Assembly: GCA_010356995.1 (NCBI GenBank)
Contig: ML996694.1
Location: forward strand, 1,053,224-1,117,223
Reading direction: 5' to 3'
Length of the DNA: 64,000 bases
Origin: Trichodelitschia bisporula
Taxonomy: Eukaryota
Under the pieces are notes generated by a model, which was given only the letters and a program-made list of their open reading frames with translations, was not told where the DNA came from and did not search any database. Shown here one piece after another: positions 61,551 through 64,000 of this stretch. Position 1 is the first letter of the stretch. The number at the start of each line of letters is the position of its first letter. Both the position numbers and the translations under genes were made by a program.

Positions 61551-62832
61551 TTAGATCTTGATGGCAGACTCGAGGGCCTTGCGCTTCTTCTCGGTCCTTG
61601 CGTTAGCCTTGGCGCCCATGATGCCACCACCCCACCGCTTGCGAGCCTCCTCCTGAGGACCCAGATAGCCCTCCTTGATGGCCGACACGACCTTGGAGAA
61701 TTCGGACTTGTCCTCCGAGCGAACCTCGGTCAGGGCAAGAACAGCAGCGGTCTTCTTGTGCACGACAGTCCCCAGGCGCGCCTTGCCCTTGATGATGGCG
61801 TATGGAACGCCCATCTTGCGGCAGAGCGCGGGAAGGAACACGACGAGCTCGATGGGGTCAACATCGTTCGGGATCAGGACCAGCGAAGCCTTCTTGTTCT
61901 GCTTAGGGTCAGCATTCTGTCCTGAACAACTATCGGGGTTCGCTTTACCTCAATCAGGGCAACGACGTGGTTCAGACCGTACTTGACGGTGTGCGGCTTC
62001 TTAGACACATCCTCCTTCTTCTTGCCCTCGGCAATGGCGGTGGCCTCCTTGGTGAGACGCTCCTTCTTCTCAGCCTTGGTCTCAGGGCGGTACTTGTTCA
62101 GCAACTTGAAGACCTGAGCGGCCTGGTTGCGGTCGAGCACGTTCTGAAACTGAGCAATCGCAGGAGGGACCTTGAGGCGCCTGGCTCTATTAGTACTTGT
62201 GCAGAACAATTTCTTGGGAAGTCCTTACAGGTTCAAGATCTTGCGCTGGCGCTGAAGACGAACATACTCCGGCCACTTCACCATGCGAGACACTATTGAA
62301 CCGTAAGCCTATGCACTTTTGATAAGACGCTTCACTGACGGTTGCGGTGGGGCTGGATGTCCTGGCCGATGCCATAGTTGCGCGGGCGCTTCTCGATGAG
62401 CGGGTTCTTCGCATCGGTTAGCATTGACGCGCTTGGAAGCACAGATAACTTACCTTGGCCGGCTTCTTGGACGAAGTCTTCCCCTGGGGGAAAGGAGCGG
62501 GAGCCGCCTTCTTGCTCTTCGGTGCCTATGCAAGCCCAAGTTACTCCATGTTTCCTCGGCTGTCATTGAGAGAAGGGGACCAAGAGCATTCGTGCGTATT
62601 GAGTCCTCTTCATCTCTAAAGAGACAGAGCGGCGCATTGCTGCGTCGCCCCACTCAAGCCATTCTCGTCATCCACGCCGAGTGACGGCTCCGAGCGCTTG
62701 TGAGGCACCACGGAGGAGCACCTGAAAGTGTGGTGCGATTGTGGGAACAAGGCGCGAAGCAGGAGTTGGCCAGAGAGTAAAGAAGACTCAACCGTTTCGA
62801 TTCTCTGGAGCATAAATCGAGCTGCTTACCAT
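61551..62832 (-). CDS. RPL8: 60S ribosomal protein L8 (eL8/L7a), 6 coding exons, ATG-only first exon, 304-nt intron 1
   Basis: [13 protein letters not shown]...|[55 protein letters not shown]...|[33 protein letters not shown]. Confidence 0.96.
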
Positions 62833-63131
62833 TTTGTCGAGGTTGGTGATGGACGGTGTCGGTGGTCGAGGAGTGGAAAAGTTTCGTTGTGTGCGTGAGA
62901 ACTTGAAGAGTGCTCGCCAAAAGCGGCCGCTAATACAGATAGGGACTAGCGTTGGACTTCGGATGGACCGTGCACTAGGCGACTTCCTTGGCATCCATGA
63001 GCCTTGCGTGCCTTAACAACAACATCTCATTTTCCTCGCATGCCTTTCAACCCGTTGCTGCTGTTCCACACAAGAACCACTGTGCATTCCTGGGGCGCCT
63101 ATACACGCCAGTAAGTCAGTTTGGACTAGTC

Positions 63132-64000
63132 ATGGAGCAGGCAACCTCGTCCAAACGGCTTCTTGAATGGTTTACCCAACACGGTGGTTTTGTGCATCCG
63201 TCGATCAGTCTGCATCATGATACCGTCAAGGGCCGCCACTTTTGCGCCGACACAGATTTGGACATCTCACCAGATGGCATGGCTGAAGTTTGCCGATGCC
63301 CGGCAAAACTCTCTCTTTCTCATCTCAACCTTCTCCCGTCGCCTGACCTTGACGTGCGGAACTGTTCAAGTGAGAGCGACTGTGCCGCTTTGATCGGCGC
63401 AGTTGCCCACAATACTGCTAGCTACTTCTTTCTAATTGAGCAGAGGCTGAAGGGAATGGATAGCTTTTGGGAGTCATACATCAGTACATTGCCAGTGGAG
63501 CAGGACATGTCTACACCCTTGTGGTTTGAGCATGAAGACCTGAAATGGCTTATTGGGACAAATATGTACCCTCACCCCGATATACACAACTCGCCAGTGG
63601 TGTTGAGGAGGAAAATGTGGGAGAAACAATGGGAGGAAGGATGTTCTATCCTCAAAGCGAAGGGCGTTAATGAAAATGCATATACTTGGTATGTTTTATT
63701 GACCGAACATCCAGCAAGGCTGAGTTTTGGCCTCAAATCAATTTGCTCCCACCCAGAAACTTCATTAATTTGTACAGGGAACTATTCCTATGGGCAGCCA
63801 CGATATTCACATCCAGGAGTTTCACGTCCAACGTCTTGGGCTTGCGAAGCGAAGCATTCGCTCTCCTCTATCCAGTGATTGATACCTTCAATCATCGATT
63901 TGGGGCTAAGGTTATGTGGAATCTGAACGGAGGATCTTTCAGTCTCAGCCTCACGGAATCCGCCCAACGTGGCGAAGAAATTTGCAATAATTATGCGCCG
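63132..64000 (+). CDS. SET-domain protein lysine methyltransferase (Rkm1/SETD3-like), truncated by the window end; intron 63689-63777
   Basis: LLEWFTQHGG, SFWESYISTLP, TPLWF, spliced W|ELFLWAATIFTSRSF, LYPVIDTFNH, GEEICNNY. Confidence 0.85.

Overview
Gene-dense, GC-rich eukaryotic DNA from a filamentous ascomycete (Pezizomycotina, inferred from short GT..AG introns with CTRAC branch points and from gene content). About 24 protein-coding genes can be reconstructed by hand. They are: DUF1349, LOA1/VPS66, kinesin-14 KlpA/Kar3, a small 3-exon gene invisible in the ORF track, DNA polymerase X, NRAMP/SMF1, CDC24, FWD-1-like F-box/WD40, a CorA-like protein, ISY1, CCT8, a Cid13-like nucleotidyltransferase, an isochorismatase-family protein, two head-to-head PPR-like genes, calmodulin, TLG2, a large mucin-like secreted protein, DUF336/GlcG, a SnoaL-like protein, ETP1/BRAP2, RPL8 and a truncated SET methyltransferase. 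One accessory island (~8.9-12.5 kb) is a same-strand mosaic of Gypsy integrase, nucleotidyltransferase-like and Copia RT relics. The strongest candidate for something undescribed is a 450-nt in-frame, stop-free intron-like segment (exitron) in the kinesin-14 tail. Other leads are a TGCCT/AGGCA cluster with a long-range stem between CDC24 and FWD-1, a ~940-nt ATG-free stretch upstream of the Cid13-like gene, a PTS1-bearing GlcG/HbpS-like protein, and an unusually long, hairpin-rich first intron in RPL8. No tRNA, rRNA or CRISPR could be supported. All family calls come from motif recognition, not database searches.
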